A DNA stretch of 64,000 nucleotides from an uncultured Gammaproteobacteria bacterium (GCA_964521295.1 CAZFRF010000001.1:398146-462145), one strand, 5' to 3'; shown: positions 50,958 to 61,186, numbered from the stretch's first letter. The notes: a model not told the origin generated them from the sequence alone. A program made the numbers and translations.

Positions 50958-51045
50958 CACTCATCCTCCTTTTTGGCTTGATAAGCCTCCATTAAGTTGT
51001 TAAAATGAGCCAAGAGCGGTTCAAAATAAGAGTCGTCAGGAGTAC
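50957..51045 (-). other. Detached 3' segment of the recombinase gene, including the right attachment site
   Basis: Minus strand reads T-PDDSYFEPLLAHFNNLMEAYQAKKEDE-stop from the GTAC core (51042-51045), in frame with the recombinase after end joining; GGTTCAA at 51018-51024. Confidence 0.75.
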
Positions 51046-52268
51046 TAAAAAATATTAAATAGAGGATAAATCTTCCACAAACTTGTTATATAAATACAAT
51101 TAAAAACTACTCCTACTGCAATAAATAATAAATCATTTTTGGATAATTTAGGTGAAAGCGAAGGGATGAGAATAAGTAATAAAAATGGTAAAAAATCCAA
51201 TACATATCTATATCCATATTGAGAAAACCCAATACTATAATAAATAAGTATAGGAATTAATAAGGCAATAACTGCAATTACCGCAGAGGACGTATAAATC
51301 CCCTTTTTAAAATTAAAAAGTAGCTTTAAAAGTAATGGGGTTGTAAACCAAATTGCCATTCCCCATGGACTGGCTGATAAGTAAGGAAATTTTAAAACAA
51401 ATCCGAATTGATCGTGTGTTAAGGGTTGAGGTGCCATAACAAGCATGCTATATAAATTTGCGGGAATATGAGACAGACTCATATAACCAAAATCTAAATT
51501 ATGCGAAAGTGGAAATGCGGCCAAACTAACACTGTGTTCATAGCCTGTATCAAAAAATGAATGGAAACGAATAAAATTGTAGATTGCGAAAATTAGTATA
51601 GAAACAAAAATTGGAATTAATATTTTAAATAAATCTTTAAGTGTAAGTCTTTTTTGCCAAAATTCAAAAATAAAGAACACCAAAGCCAAAATTAAATTTG
51701 GCCTTGTTAAAAAAGAAAGACCTAGTAATACACCTACAGCTAACATTCTTTTGCTTATTAGATATTCCCTTAATGCAAAAACTATCAGCACAACACCCAA
51801 GGCTTGAACTTGATATGCAGAAATATTAATTAATGATGCAGCGAATAACACAGTTGAAAAACAGAAAAACAAAGCAATAAACAAAGCGTCAATTTTTTTA
51901 AATTTGAAAAACTTTGCAATTGAATAAACTCCCCCAAAAGAACCAATTAATGCAAATAAACCGAGTACATATTGAGGGAAATTCTTACCGAAAAAAACCA
52001 CAAACGGCATAAGCGAGATTGAGGCAAAAGGCGCATAAAACAAATAGAATTTACCATTAAATTTAGAGATATCTCCTAATGGCATTTCTTTATTAAATTC
52101 ATAAGAAACATGACCTTTTACAAATTGACTTGCCATAAGAGACAGAGAGTAATCTTTATTGTGATTTTGACTATAAATAAAAATCAATGCTGCAGAAAAA
52201 ATAGCAAAGGAGAATAAGATTAAAAAAAGACTTTTTTTATAATCTTTCAGAAAAGATAAATACTTCAC
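51045..52268 (-). CDS. Multi-pass membrane protein, possibly GT-C-like
   Basis: Many TMs; YN..RF....D.GY and GYRY.LDF motifs; the TAG stop overlaps the right att core. Confidence 0.6.
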   Translation of the reverse strand: MKYLSFLKDYKKSLFLILFSFAIFSAALIFIYSQNHNKDYSLSLMASQFVKGHVSYEFNKEMPLGDISKFNGKFYLFYAPFASISLMPFVVFFGKNFPQYVLGLFALIGSFGGVYSIAKFFKFKKIDALFIALFFCFSTVLFAASLINISAYQVQALGVVLIVFALREYLISKRMLAVGVLLGLSFLTRPNLILALVFFIFEFWQKRLTLKDLFKILIPIFVSILIFAIYNFIRFHSFFDTGYEHSVSLAAFPLSHNLDFGYMSLSHIPANLYSMLVMAPQPLTHDQFGFVLKFPYLSASPWGMAIWFTTPLLLKLLFNFKKGIYTSSAVIAVIALLIPILIYYSIGFSQYGYRYVLDFLPFLLLILIPSLSPKLSKNDLLFIAVGVVFNCIYITSLWKIYPLFNIF

Positions 52269-52277
52269 AGGTTAATT

Positions 52278-52772
52278 TTAACTAGTAATACACCCCATGA
52301 CAAGCCTAAAGCTTGTTTGACCAACTTCTTGAATTGAAGGATTATATGAGGCATCATACATTTTCCCAGACTCTGAGAAACTAAATCCATTTTTCGTGAA
52401 ATTAACGCCTTTAATATTTTGCCCATCCAGCACTGATGCATCGATAAATTGAGCTGTATCTCTAACTCTTACATTCAGCTTCCCCTCTCCAGCTCCTTGA
52501 ACTGTTACTAAAGGATCTAGAGGAGCAACAAATAAATCAATACCACTCAAACCAACTGTTTCTCCATTTTCTAAACCTGTTGCAAATTCCACCCAACCAG
52601 AACCATTAGCGCAATCTAACATTGCTGGATTTCCCTTAACCTCATAAGGTCTTACTGACAAAGAATTTAAGAGTGGCAGTCCCATTGCTAAAGTTAATTC
52701 TGCAGCGAATAACCCACCTGCTATTCCTGTAGCTATAACTCTCGAGGTTTTTGACTCAACAATATTTCGCAT
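52278..52772 (-). CDS. Hypothetical exported protein
   Basis: N-terminal hydrophobic segment; consensus -35/-10 boxes directly upstream. Confidence 0.6.
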   Translation of the reverse strand: MRNIVESKTSRVIATGIAGGLFAAELTLAMGLPLLNSLSVRPYEVKGNPAMLDCANGSGWVEFATGLENGETVGLSGIDLFVAPLDPLVTVQGAGEGKLNVRVRDTAQFIDASVLDGQNIKGVNFTKNGFSFSESGKMYDASYNPSIQEVGQTSFRLVMGCITS

Positions 52773-52808
52773 GGGGGTATTATAGTTTGTCTGAGGCCAA
52801 TGTCAATA

Positions 52809-53474
52809 TTATCCAAATAACTCCATTATTGGAGTATGGAAACGATCAGTAACTAGTCTCTCAACTTCAGCAATAGTTTCCTCAATTTGACCGTCTCGAT
52901 TTGTAACCTTAAAGGGAAATTTTTCTCCAAACTGTTCAGTTAAAATTTTATCTTGAACTCTTCTTGTTTCTAAATCGCCAATTCCGTGTCTTCTACCCTC
53001 ATACCATTTTCTTTGCGTCTCATCAGATTCAGGAGTAAAGAAAATACACATAGTGCGATCAATTATTCTTTGCGCTGTTTCTGGGTCATAAGCTCTTTTA
53101 AGATGCTCAGGTAAAGTTGCTGCGCCTGAGATTTCCATTGTAGAAACTAACGATTTGCCATTCAAAACTTGCTCTAATTCTTGTTTAGTCGTGCCGTATA
53201 ATCCACCAGGGTATGATACGTACTCAACAAACTCTCCTCTTTCAACCATGCCTTCAAAAGTTACTGGAGTGACAAAATGATAGTCAACTCCATCTACCTC
53301 AGGTTTACCATCTGTTTTTGCTTCTAATCTTGGAGGCCTAGAAGTAGTTGTCACAAGTGGTCTTAAATTTGGATATTTACTCAAAAGTCTTTCTCTTGTT
53401 TCAGATTTTCCCGAAGCAGTAGGGCCTGTAAGAACAAGCAATGCGCCTAATCTTGATTCTGGAGTTATACCCAT
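52809..53474 (-). CDS. gmk: Guanylate kinase-like protein
   Basis: GPTASGKS, TTTSRPPR, EVDGVDYHFV, YGT. Confidence 0.75.
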   Translation of the reverse strand: MGITPESRLGALLVLTGPTASGKSETRERLLSKYPNLRPLVTTTSRPPRLEAKTDGKPEVDGVDYHFVTPVTFEGMVERGEFVEYVSYPGGLYGTTKQELEQVLNGKSLVSTMEISGAATLPEHLKRAYDPETAQRIIDRTMCIFFTPESDETQRKWYEGRRHGIGDLETRRVQDKILTEQFGEKFPFKVTNRDGQIEETIAEVERLVTDRFHTPIMELFG

Positions 53475-53504
53475 AGTATGAAGATTATAGCATAATTCTT
53501 ACAA

Positions 53505-54098
53505 TTAATTAAGCTTTTGCGCTTTATTTGCTAATGAATACCAAACACCTTCATCCATAATCACATTATCTCTTACTTTTACTGTATCAACTAGCTCTTC
53601 ACCAGTGGGAAGCTCTAATTTCAATATTCCAAATGTTTCCTGGGGTTTTTTTGCTTCATTTATAGCTTGTTTAATTCCAAATGAATCAAGTTTTTGTTGA
53701 TCTTCCAGAGCACACGCTACTGCATCAACCTGATCCATGTTATTTTCAATAATTGATCTTGCAGCTGATTCTGCACCATGAGCACCAATTCTTTCTGCAA
53801 TATGCACATCCCAGCTTGTACCCGATTCTCCAGTAGCATGAGGAGCTAAGGCTGCGATAGCATTGGGTGCTATTAAAGTTGTTAAACCTAAATGATCTTC
53901 TGTTGGAATAATATCAACGCTTTGCACCTGAGTACCTGTCTCTAAAGCAGCAACTACATGCTTTGCCTCGTGTCTTGCTGTTCCATTTACAGGTTTTCTT
54001 CTCTTCAGAACTGGAACTTCCAATGAAGCTCTTGCTCCCTCTAGTACAGCAAGCGGAGGAGCTTTTATATCAATATGTCTGGGTATTTCGGCTATCAT
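53505..54098 (-). CDS. Hypothetical protein with an M41-like HExxH motif
   Basis: TARHEAKHVVAA...V.IIP....LG.T. Confidence 0.5.
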   Translation of the reverse strand: MIAEIPRHIDIKAPPLAVLEGARASLEVPVLKRRKPVNGTARHEAKHVVAALETGTQVQSVDIIPTEDHLGLTTLIAPNAIAALAPHATGESGTSWDVHIAERIGAHGAESAARSIIENNMDQVDAVACALEDQQKLDSFGIKQAINEAKKPQETFGILKLELPTGEELVDTVKVRDNVIMDEGVWYSLANKAQKLN

Positions 54099-54142
54099 AG
54101 TAAATTACTATCTTTTTAAAAGAAGTTAATTCAAGCTCTATC

Positions 54143-56542
54143 TTAATCTGCTTTAAGTGGCTTAGGTGTTGCATGTAATTCTAAGTGTGAAGTTGTAAAC
54201 TCAGGCATATTTTTCCTAGGAAGTGGCTTTATAAACGCAGCATCTAGTACCTCGTCTAAATGAGTTACAAAAATAAACTTTAAGTCTTTAATTACTTCTT
54301 TTGGTACATCTTCTAAATCTTTTTTATTTTCTTTAGGCAAAATTACAGTTTTAAGACCAGCTCTATGAGCAGCTATTACCTTTTCTTTTACTCCACCAAT
54401 TTCTAAGGCTCTGCCTCTTAAAGTAATTTCTCCAGTCATACCCACAGTTCTATTGACTGGAATTTTGGTCAAAGCAGATGTAATTGCTGTAGCAATTGCA
54501 AGACCTGCTGATGGACCATCTTTTGGTACTGCGCCTTCTGGAACGTGAACATGTACGTCTACTTTTGAATAGAATTTTTCATCTAGCCCCAAAGCTCTTG
54601 CTCTTGCTCTAATATAGCTCATAGCAGCTTGACAAGATTCTTTCATAACCTCTCCAAGTTGACCAGTTAAAATAAGCTGGCCCTTACCTGGCATTAAAGC
54701 CACTTCAATAAATAATATATCTCCACCTGCTTCTGTCCAAGCAAGACCAGTTGACATACCAATCTCATCTTTTTTCTCAATTAAAGCAGAGCTTATCTTA
54801 ATTGGACCTAAAAGCTTAGGAACCATTTTTTCATCTACTATAATCTTGTCTTTTTTGCCCTCTGCTACTTTTTTAGCAATTTTTCTAAGAAGTGTAGCAA
54901 TTTGTCTTTCTAAGCTTCTAACACCAGCTTCTCTTGTGTAATGATCGATAACGAATCTAATAGCTTTATCTGTTACTTCTACGTTAGTTTCCTTAAGTCC
55001 ATGTGCTTCCATTTGTTTTTCCAAAAGAAAATCTTTAACAATTTTGAATTTCTCAAGTTGTGTATAACCAGCAAATTGGATAATTTCTAATCTATCTCTT
55101 AACGCAGGTGGAATGGTGTCTAAGACGTTGGCTGTTGTTACAAACATAACATCAGATAAATCAAATGGAACTTCTAAATAATGATCTGAGAAAGCAAAGT
55201 TTTGTTCTGGATCCAAGGCTTCAAGTAAGGCACTTGATGGATCGCCTCTAAAATCTGCACCTACTTTATCTATTTCATCAAGCATAAAGACTGGATTCTT
55301 AGTCTTTGCGTCTTTAATACCTTGAATAATTCTTCCCGGCATAGCTCCAACATAGGTTCTTCTATGTCCTCTAATTTCTGCCTCATCTCTAATACCTCCT
55401 AGGGAGACTTTAATAAATTCTCTACCTAAAGATTTAGCAATTGATTTACCAATAGATGTCTTACCAACACCAGGAGGTCCTACGAAACAAAGTATTGGTC
55501 CTTTCATCTTACCTGAGAGCTTATGAACAGCTAAATATTCTGTGATTCTTTCTTTAACTTTTTCTAAACCATAGTGATCTTTATTTAAAATCTTCTCTGC
55601 TTGCTTGATATTTACATTATTTTTACTTGTTTCATTCCAAGGCAAACTAAGCAACCAATCTAAATAGTTTCTAATATATCCTGATTCAGGATTGAATTGA
55701 TTCATTTGCGAAAGCTTTTTAATTTCTTTTTTAGCTTTCTCTTCTATCTCTTCGGGCATTTTTGCTGCTTTTAGTTTATTGTACAAATCCCTAATTTCAC
55801 TATCTTCGTCTGATTCGCCTAGTTCTTTTTCTATTGTCTTGAGTCTTTCTCTAAGCATTACTTCTCTTGCGCCCTTTTCAAATCTTTCTTGGGTTTTAGA
55901 AGCAATCTTTTTTTCTAGCTCCAATACCTTTATTTCCTTAGATAAAACTTCAATAACTTTTTCCAATCTTTCTTTAACATTGAGTTCTTCCAAGAACTCC
56001 TGCTTATCTGACGGCTTAAGATCTAATACTGAAGCAACTAAATCAGCCAACTGAGATGGCGAATTATCGCTCATAACATTCATAAATACTAAAAAGTCAA
56101 CAAATTTACCCAAATTTACTGCTCTTCTGAATTCATTTATTAAATGGTTACTTAAAGCCTTAACTTCAGCTGAATCTTCTATTGGGTCTTCTATCTCCTC
56201 AACTCTTGCCATTAGATATGGGGCGTCTTGAACGTATTCTAAGATTCTTATTCTTGAAATACCTTTAACTTGGGCATTAATTTCTCCATCGCTTTTGATC
56301 ATTCGCTCAATGTGAGAAAGTGTACCTATGGAATATAAATCAGTAGAAACCGGTTCGTTTAATTTTGCATTCTTTTGCAACACGAACCCAACAATTCTTT
56401 CCTGGCTAAATGAAGATTCTAAGGCTGCTAAACTCTTTGGTCTACCGAAGGTCAAGACCGAGTCAGTATATGGAAAAATAATTCCATCTCTAATAGGTAT
56501 AATTGGTATTATTTTGCTTACGCTCATTTCTTGTATTAGCAC
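54143..56542 (-). CDS. lon: ATP-dependent Lon protease
   Basis: [25 protein letters not shown]; the real start may be the ATG at 56527. Confidence 0.97.
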   Translation of the reverse strand: MLIQEMSVSKIIPIIPIRDGIIFPYTDSVLTFGRPKSLAALESSFSQERIVGFVLQKNAKLNEPVSTDLYSIGTLSHIERMIKSDGEINAQVKGISRIRILEYVQDAPYLMARVEEIEDPIEDSAEVKALSNHLINEFRRAVNLGKFVDFLVFMNVMSDNSPSQLADLVASVLDLKPSDKQEFLEELNVKERLEKVIEVLSKEIKVLELEKKIASKTQERFEKGAREVMLRERLKTIEKELGESDEDSEIRDLYNKLKAAKMPEEIEEKAKKEIKKLSQMNQFNPESGYIRNYLDWLLSLPWNETSKNNVNIKQAEKILNKDHYGLEKVKERITEYLAVHKLSGKMKGPILCFVGPPGVGKTSIGKSIAKSLGREFIKVSLGGIRDEAEIRGHRRTYVGAMPGRIIQGIKDAKTKNPVFMLDEIDKVGADFRGDPSSALLEALDPEQNFAFSDHYLEVPFDLSDVMFVTTANVLDTIPPALRDRLEIIQFAGYTQLEKFKIVKDFLLEKQMEAHGLKETNVEVTDKAIRFVIDHYTREAGVRSLERQIATLLRKIAKKVAEGKKDKIIVDEKMVPKLLGPIKISSALIEKKDEIGMSTGLAWTEAGGDILFIEVALMPGKGQLILTGQLGEVMKESCQAAMSYIRARARALGLDEKFYSKVDVHVHVPEGAVPKDGPSAGLAIATAITSALTKIPVNRTVGMTGEITLRGRALEIGGVKEKVIAAHRAGLKTVILPKENKKDLEDVPKEVIKDLKFIFVTHLDEVLDAAFIKPLPRKNMPEFTTSHLELHATPKPLKAD

Positions 56543-56636
56543 TCTATCATATTAGTTGCTAGATTGTCAACACTTAATTGCTGGCTTTTTTACAGGGTTG
56601 ACACGGCTCGCAATGCGAAACTACAATTAACCTATT

Positions 56637-57824
56637 ATGATATTTCTAAGCGATTTGCTTGGTAAAAACGTCTATTTCGACCGAAAAGTCTACGGAAAAA
56701 TGGTCGATTTTGCAGTACTCGAAAGCTCACCTAACCCATCAGTTTCAAAAATAGTAATTAAGAAAGGTAGTAAAAAATTTACTATTACTCCTAAGGCGCT
56801 AACCATTAAGCGCTTTGGAGGAATTCTTAATTCCAATAAAGTTCCTTTCCTTCCGTACGATGATACGGATTTTTATTTAAATGAGGACTTATTAGACAAA
56901 CAAGTCATCGATACTGACGAAAAAAAATTAGTTAGAGTTAATGATGTTGCCCTTGAAAACGAAGGGGAATTAAAAGTAGTAGGGATAGATATTGGCACTG
57001 CTGGAATACTTAGAAGACTTAGCCTAGGGAAAATAATTAAAATAGAGCCAAAAATTATCCCATGGCAAATGATCGAAGCTTTTGACTTTCATACGGGAAA
57101 CATCAAAATTAGCCTCACCCAAAATAAATTAAGCAAAATGCATCCAGGGGAACTTGCCGACATTTTAGAGGACTTGGGTAGCAAAGAAAGACTATCAGTT
57201 GTTCAAAGCTTGGACGCTAAATATGCTGCCAAGACAATTGAGGAGACCGACGAAAGAACTCAAGAAGCTATATTTGAAGAATTAAAAGGTACAGCTTTAG
57301 GCCAAATTGTTAGCGGAATGCATTCCTCTGCCTTAGCTGAAATATTCTCCAAATTAAATCCTTTAAGAATCAAGGAAATCTTAAAACTCCTAAGCAATGA
57401 GAAAGCTCAAAGAATAGAAAAGTTAATGGATTTTGGCACAGAAACAGCAGGCGGAATGATGCGGACCAGTTTTTGGAAATTTGATGGAAACCTAACGGTC
57501 AAACAAGCCTATAATGAATTATTTGAACAATCACCTAAGCCTGAGGTAATTGTAGTTACCAACGGCAATGAAAAACTAGTAGGAACAATTAATACTAAAG
57601 ACATGCTAGATAGCGACTCGCTTGCTATCTTAAAAGACATTGTGAGTGAAAGAAAATTTGTTTACCCAACAGTTGGAATTAATGAATTGATATTTTTATT
57701 TGCAAAATACAATCTTAGACTTATTCCCGTTGTTGATAAAGATAAAAAGCCAATCGGCGTTGTAAAAATTGACAGATTACTAGAAAAAATCGAAGAAAGG
57801 ATAAAAGAAGATGAATTTATTTAG
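56637..57824 (+). CDS. PRC-barrel + MgtE N-terminal + CBS domain protein (no membrane domain)
   Basis: DLLDKQVID...RVND, HPGELADILE, TAGGMM, CBS pair. Confidence 0.8.
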   Translation: MIFLSDLLGKNVYFDRKVYGKMVDFAVLESSPNPSVSKIVIKKGSKKFTITPKALTIKRFGGILNSNKVPFLPYDDTDFYLNEDLLDKQVIDTDEKKLVRVNDVALENEGELKVVGIDIGTAGILRRLSLGKIIKIEPKIIPWQMIEAFDFHTGNIKISLTQNKLSKMHPGELADILEDLGSKERLSVVQSLDAKYAAKTIEETDERTQEAIFEELKGTALGQIVSGMHSSALAEIFSKLNPLRIKEILKLLSNEKAQRIEKLMDFGTETAGGMMRTSFWKFDGNLTVKQAYNELFEQSPKPEVIVVTNGNEKLVGTINTKDMLDSDSLAILKDIVSERKFVYPTVGINELIFLFAKYNLRLIPVVDKDKKPIGVVKIDRLLEKIEERIKEDEFI

Positions 57825-59076
57825 TAGAATAAAAAACAAATTTATATTTTTAGTTCCAATCCTAGCAATCTTAGGCCCAGGGATAATTGCTGGAAACGCA
57901 GATAATGACGCCGGAGGAATTACGACCTACTCTGTGGCGGGAGCAAATTATGGATTATCCTTACTGTGGGTTTTACTACTTACTACTTTCGCCTTGGCAA
58001 TAACCCAAGAAATTGGAGCCAGGATGGGACTTGTTACTGGTAAAGGACTTGCTTCACTTATTCGTGAGAAATTCGGACTCAGATGGACAGCATTCATAAT
58101 GGTATGTTTATTTATTGCAAATATGGGTACTATTGCTGCAGAATTTGCAGGCATTGCCACAGCTATGAGTATCTTCAATATCCCAAGATTCGTATCTGTA
58201 CCAATCGCAGCAATCACCGTGTTTTTACTCGTAACTAAAGGTAATTTTAAGAAACTGGAAAGACTTTTTCTAATTCTTTCATCTTTTTATCTTTCATATA
58301 TTGTCTCTGCAATTCTTGCACGTCCAAATTTTGGAGAAGCGATTCATAGCCTAGTATCACCTGAAATCGGCACGCTCTCTCCTTCATATATTCTAATGAT
58401 CATGGCTTTGGTCGGAACAACTATCACCCCTTGGGGACAATTTTTCATTCAAGATTATGTAGTAGATAAAAAATTAACTAAGGAAGATTTAAAAATTGAA
58501 AGAGGGGATGTTTTCTTTGGAAGTTTCTTCACAAACTTTATCTCTTTCTTTATTATTGTTGCCTGCGCAACGACTCTTTTTGCAAAGGGAATACATATAA
58601 CTGACGCTAGCCAAGCAGCTCAGGCATTACAACCTCTGGCTGGAGAGTTTGCTAAGACACTCTTTGCTTTCGGATTCTTAAACGCATCAATCTTTGGAGC
58701 GGCCATCGTTCCAATTACTACCGCTTATGTTATTACTCAAGCTTTTGGGATGGAATCAGGCTTAAACTATTCATTTAAACAAGCACCAGAATTCTATGGA
58801 ATTTTTTTGATGCTACTTATCCTTGGAGGACTTATGGTAGTACTTCCTTTCCTACCTTTAATTACAATTTTAGTCGTCACTCAAGCAGTAAATGCAGTAC
58901 TGCTTATTCCAATCTTTATTTTTATCTACCTACTATCAAATGACAGAAAATTATTAGGTCAATATGCAAATAACAGGTTAATAAATATAATTGTAATCGT
59001 TACTTTAATAGGAATCTCAGTGGCATCAACTATCTACATGATTTCTCTTTTTGCTCCTAATCTTCTAACTTTTTAA
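57811..59076 (+). CDS. NRAMP-family divalent cation transporter (Mg2+-type clade likely)
   Basis: GPG...DNDAGGI, QE..AR.G.VTG.G, GTTITPW. Confidence 0.85.
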   Translation: MNLFSRIKNKFIFLVPILAILGPGIIAGNADNDAGGITTYSVAGANYGLSLLWVLLLTTFALAITQEIGARMGLVTGKGLASLIREKFGLRWTAFIMVCLFIANMGTIAAEFAGIATAMSIFNIPRFVSVPIAAITVFLLVTKGNFKKLERLFLILSSFYLSYIVSAILARPNFGEAIHSLVSPEIGTLSPSYILMIMALVGTTITPWGQFFIQDYVVDKKLTKEDLKIERGDVFFGSFFTNFISFFIIVACATTLFAKGIHITDASQAAQALQPLAGEFAKTLFAFGFLNASIFGAAIVPITTAYVITQAFGMESGLNYSFKQAPEFYGIFLMLLILGGLMVVLPFLPLITILVVTQAVNAVLLIPIFIFIYLLSNDRKLLGQYANNRLINIIVIVTLIGISVASTIYMISLFAPNLLTF

Positions 59077-59113
59077 TTTTGGTTTTTTAAATTTATATCA
59101 AAAATATTTGAAG

Positions 59114-59512
59114 CTATTTTTCTTCTTTAAAATTAAGCGCACAAGAGTTAATACAATATCTAAGACCAGTTGTTTCCTTGGGCCCATCACTAAACAAATG
59201 CCCCAAATGAGATCCGCAATTTCTACATACAACTTCTGTTCTATGCATTCCATATGAATTATCATCTTGTAGAATAATATTTTCTGTATTGACTGGATTA
59301 TCAAAGCTTGGCCAACCTGTACCAGAATCAAATTTAGTACTTGATGCAAAAAGCTTTTGGCCACAGGCTGCGCATTCATACATACCAGATTTATGATTAT
59401 CATAAAGGTGTCCTGAGAATGCTGGCTCAGTACCCTTTTCTCGCAATACTTTATATTGCTCGGGGGTTAGTTTTTTCTTCCAATCTGCATCTGTCATTTG
59501 TTTTGTATCCAT
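59114..59512 (-). CDS. msrB: Peptide-methionine (R)-S-oxide reductase
   Basis: [29 protein letters not shown]; two CxxC. Confidence 0.95.
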   Translation of the reverse strand: MDTKQMTDADWKKKLTPEQYKVLREKGTEPAFSGHLYDNHKSGMYECAACGQKLFASSTKFDSGTGWPSFDNPVNTENIILQDDNSYGMHRTEVVCRNCGSHLGHLFSDGPKETTGLRYCINSCALNFKEEK

Positions 59513-60552
59513 AATTTTATTTTATCAAAATTAAGAAAAGTAACTATTTTATTTAAAATAATAACCATAACTATACTTATGCTACTTATAATGGAAAATT
59601 GGATAAACGGGTTTTTTAAAAAAACATTATGTTTTGCCAAAACTAATACTAAATCCAACAGTATGTAGTGTATGAAAAATATTTGATAAGAATTATTACT
59701 TATAAAGAAATATATATTTTTAAGAAATTGCATCTGCCAAAATCTAAATCTGGCAATGAGCAAACTAAAGCAAGTCAAAGCTATGCCAAAAGTTAAATAA
59801 TAAAAATCAGTAGGATACTTATGGTCATAAAAATTCAAACTCTTAGCTAGATCTAAATTGTTATTATATAAACCTAAAAATAATACAAAAAATATTAGTC
59901 CAATTAAAAAGTATCTTTTATTCGTGTCACTTGCCTTTTCATCTTTATTTGCTTTATGCGAAATATACATTGCCAATAATAAAACAAGTGACCACGGAAT
60001 CCACATGACTAAACGATAATGATCATAAGGAAAACGCAAGAATGTAAATAAGAATGTTATAAACCCCGCACCAATTAAATAAACATATAAGATTTGTTTT
60101 TTATGTATCCAGTTTTTAAAAAATGGGAATAAAAATGTTAACTGCAAAAACAACAAAGGCAACCAATTATAATTTGTTCCTCCAACAAAAATTGCTGATT
60201 TTAGAATGTAACTCAAGTCCATTCTTAAACCTAGACCTTGAAAATAATTAGGAAAAATTATCCATAATAAATAATGAGCAATTAAATAAATCCAAAAAGG
60301 AATAATAAGCCTTATAAATCTTTTTTTATACCAAGAAATTGTTTTAAATGGATCTGTAAATCCATTTCTATAAATTGAGGACAAAACAAAACCTGAACAG
60401 AAGACAAAAGATACTACTACAAACTGAAAATTATTCCATAAAAACTTTGATAATGGATTTCCTAAATTATAAGTTAATATATGAACAATAATTACCCCAA
60501 TTATTCCAAACGCTCTTAATACATCAATCTCATCAAATCTTTTTCTTTCCAT
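59494..60552 (-). CDS. Acyltransferase_3 family membrane O-acyltransferase
   Basis: [10 protein letters not shown]...H, F.F.SG, KRF.RL..P, SY.IF..H. Confidence 0.8.
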   Translation of the reverse strand: MERKRFDEIDVLRAFGIIGVIIVHILTYNLGNPLSKFLWNNFQFVVVSFVFCSGFVLSSIYRNGFTDPFKTISWYKKRFIRLIIPFWIYLIAHYLLWIIFPNYFQGLGLRMDLSYILKSAIFVGGTNYNWLPLLFLQLTFLFPFFKNWIHKKQILYVYLIGAGFITFLFTFLRFPYDHYRLVMWIPWSLVLLLAMYISHKANKDEKASDTNKRYFLIGLIFFVLFLGLYNNNLDLAKSLNFYDHKYPTDFYYLTFGIALTCFSLLIARFRFWQMQFLKNIYFFISNNSYQIFFIHYILLDLVLVLAKHNVFLKNPFIQFSIISSISIVMVIILNKIVTFLNFDKIKLWIQNK

Positions 60553-61154
60553 TATTTAGATTCCTCAATCTCCCTATCTAATTCTTTTAAAAAATCTTCC
60601 ATCACTTTATGTCTTCTTAAGGCCATCTCATAACCAATTTTTGTGTAAAACATTTTAATCCAACGAGACTGGTACATTATTTGATGATAAATCGATCTTC
60701 TATCATTGGATGAAGGTTCTAATTTTAAATTTTCTTCAGTATATGCAGGCAACTTATACTTATGTGAAACTGCCCTAACAACGCCAATTGCTCCCATGCC
60801 GTCAATCTTATCTGCATCCTGCAAAATATTATCTAGCTTATTGAATGTCTCTATTTGACTATGTACTTCTATTGCATACAAGATTCTTTGCTTAGCTTCA
60901 TCTGAAAAATCTGTATATTTATCAAGCATTTCTTTGGCAATTGGTACTCCCAAAGGACCATGTCTTTCTGAGTCTTCAACAGCCCTACCAACATCATGCA
61001 AAAGACCAGCTACTTCAGCTTCTTTCTGATCATATCCTTCTTCTTTAGCTATTAATTTAGCAAAATAAGCAACTTTTTTTGCATGTAAGAAATCATGAGC
61101 AAGTACAAATTTATCAGCAAAATATTCTTCAACCTTTTTATACAATAGATCCAT
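60552..61154 (-). CDS. HD-domain phosphohydrolase
   Basis: AHD..H, LLHDVG, H, QDADKID. Confidence 0.85.
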   Translation of the reverse strand: MDLLYKKVEEYFADKFVLAHDFLHAKKVAYFAKLIAKEEGYDQKEAEVAGLLHDVGRAVEDSERHGPLGVPIAKEMLDKYTDFSDEAKQRILYAIEVHSQIETFNKLDNILQDADKIDGMGAIGVVRAVSHKYKLPAYTEENLKLEPSSNDRRSIYHQIMYQSRWIKMFYTKIGYEMALRRHKVMEDFLKELDREIEESK

Positions 61155-61186
61155 TCTTAAATTATAACATTAGAGGCTAAAAGTAA

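Larger units (their letters stand above)
24941..51045. mobile_element. ~26.1 kb integrative conjugative-type element inserted at the tRNA-Glu 3' end by a large serine recombinase
   Basis: Recombinase abuts the tRNA; GTAC(C/T)AAA at both ends; VirD4, relaxase, VirB4 and pilin genes inside; the recombinase frame rejoins across the ends; host GT-C-like genes on both flanks. Confidence 0.85.

Noticed and set aside
51009-51024. 12/16 inverted similarity to the tRNA 3' end (GCCAAGAGCGGTTCAA)
   Set aside because: First read as a sign of crossover in the anticodon loop, but no duplicated tRNA 3' half follows; the GTAC-centred model explains the junction better
59098-59403. 101-aa minus-strand ORF
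   Set aside because: Alternative frame inside msrB
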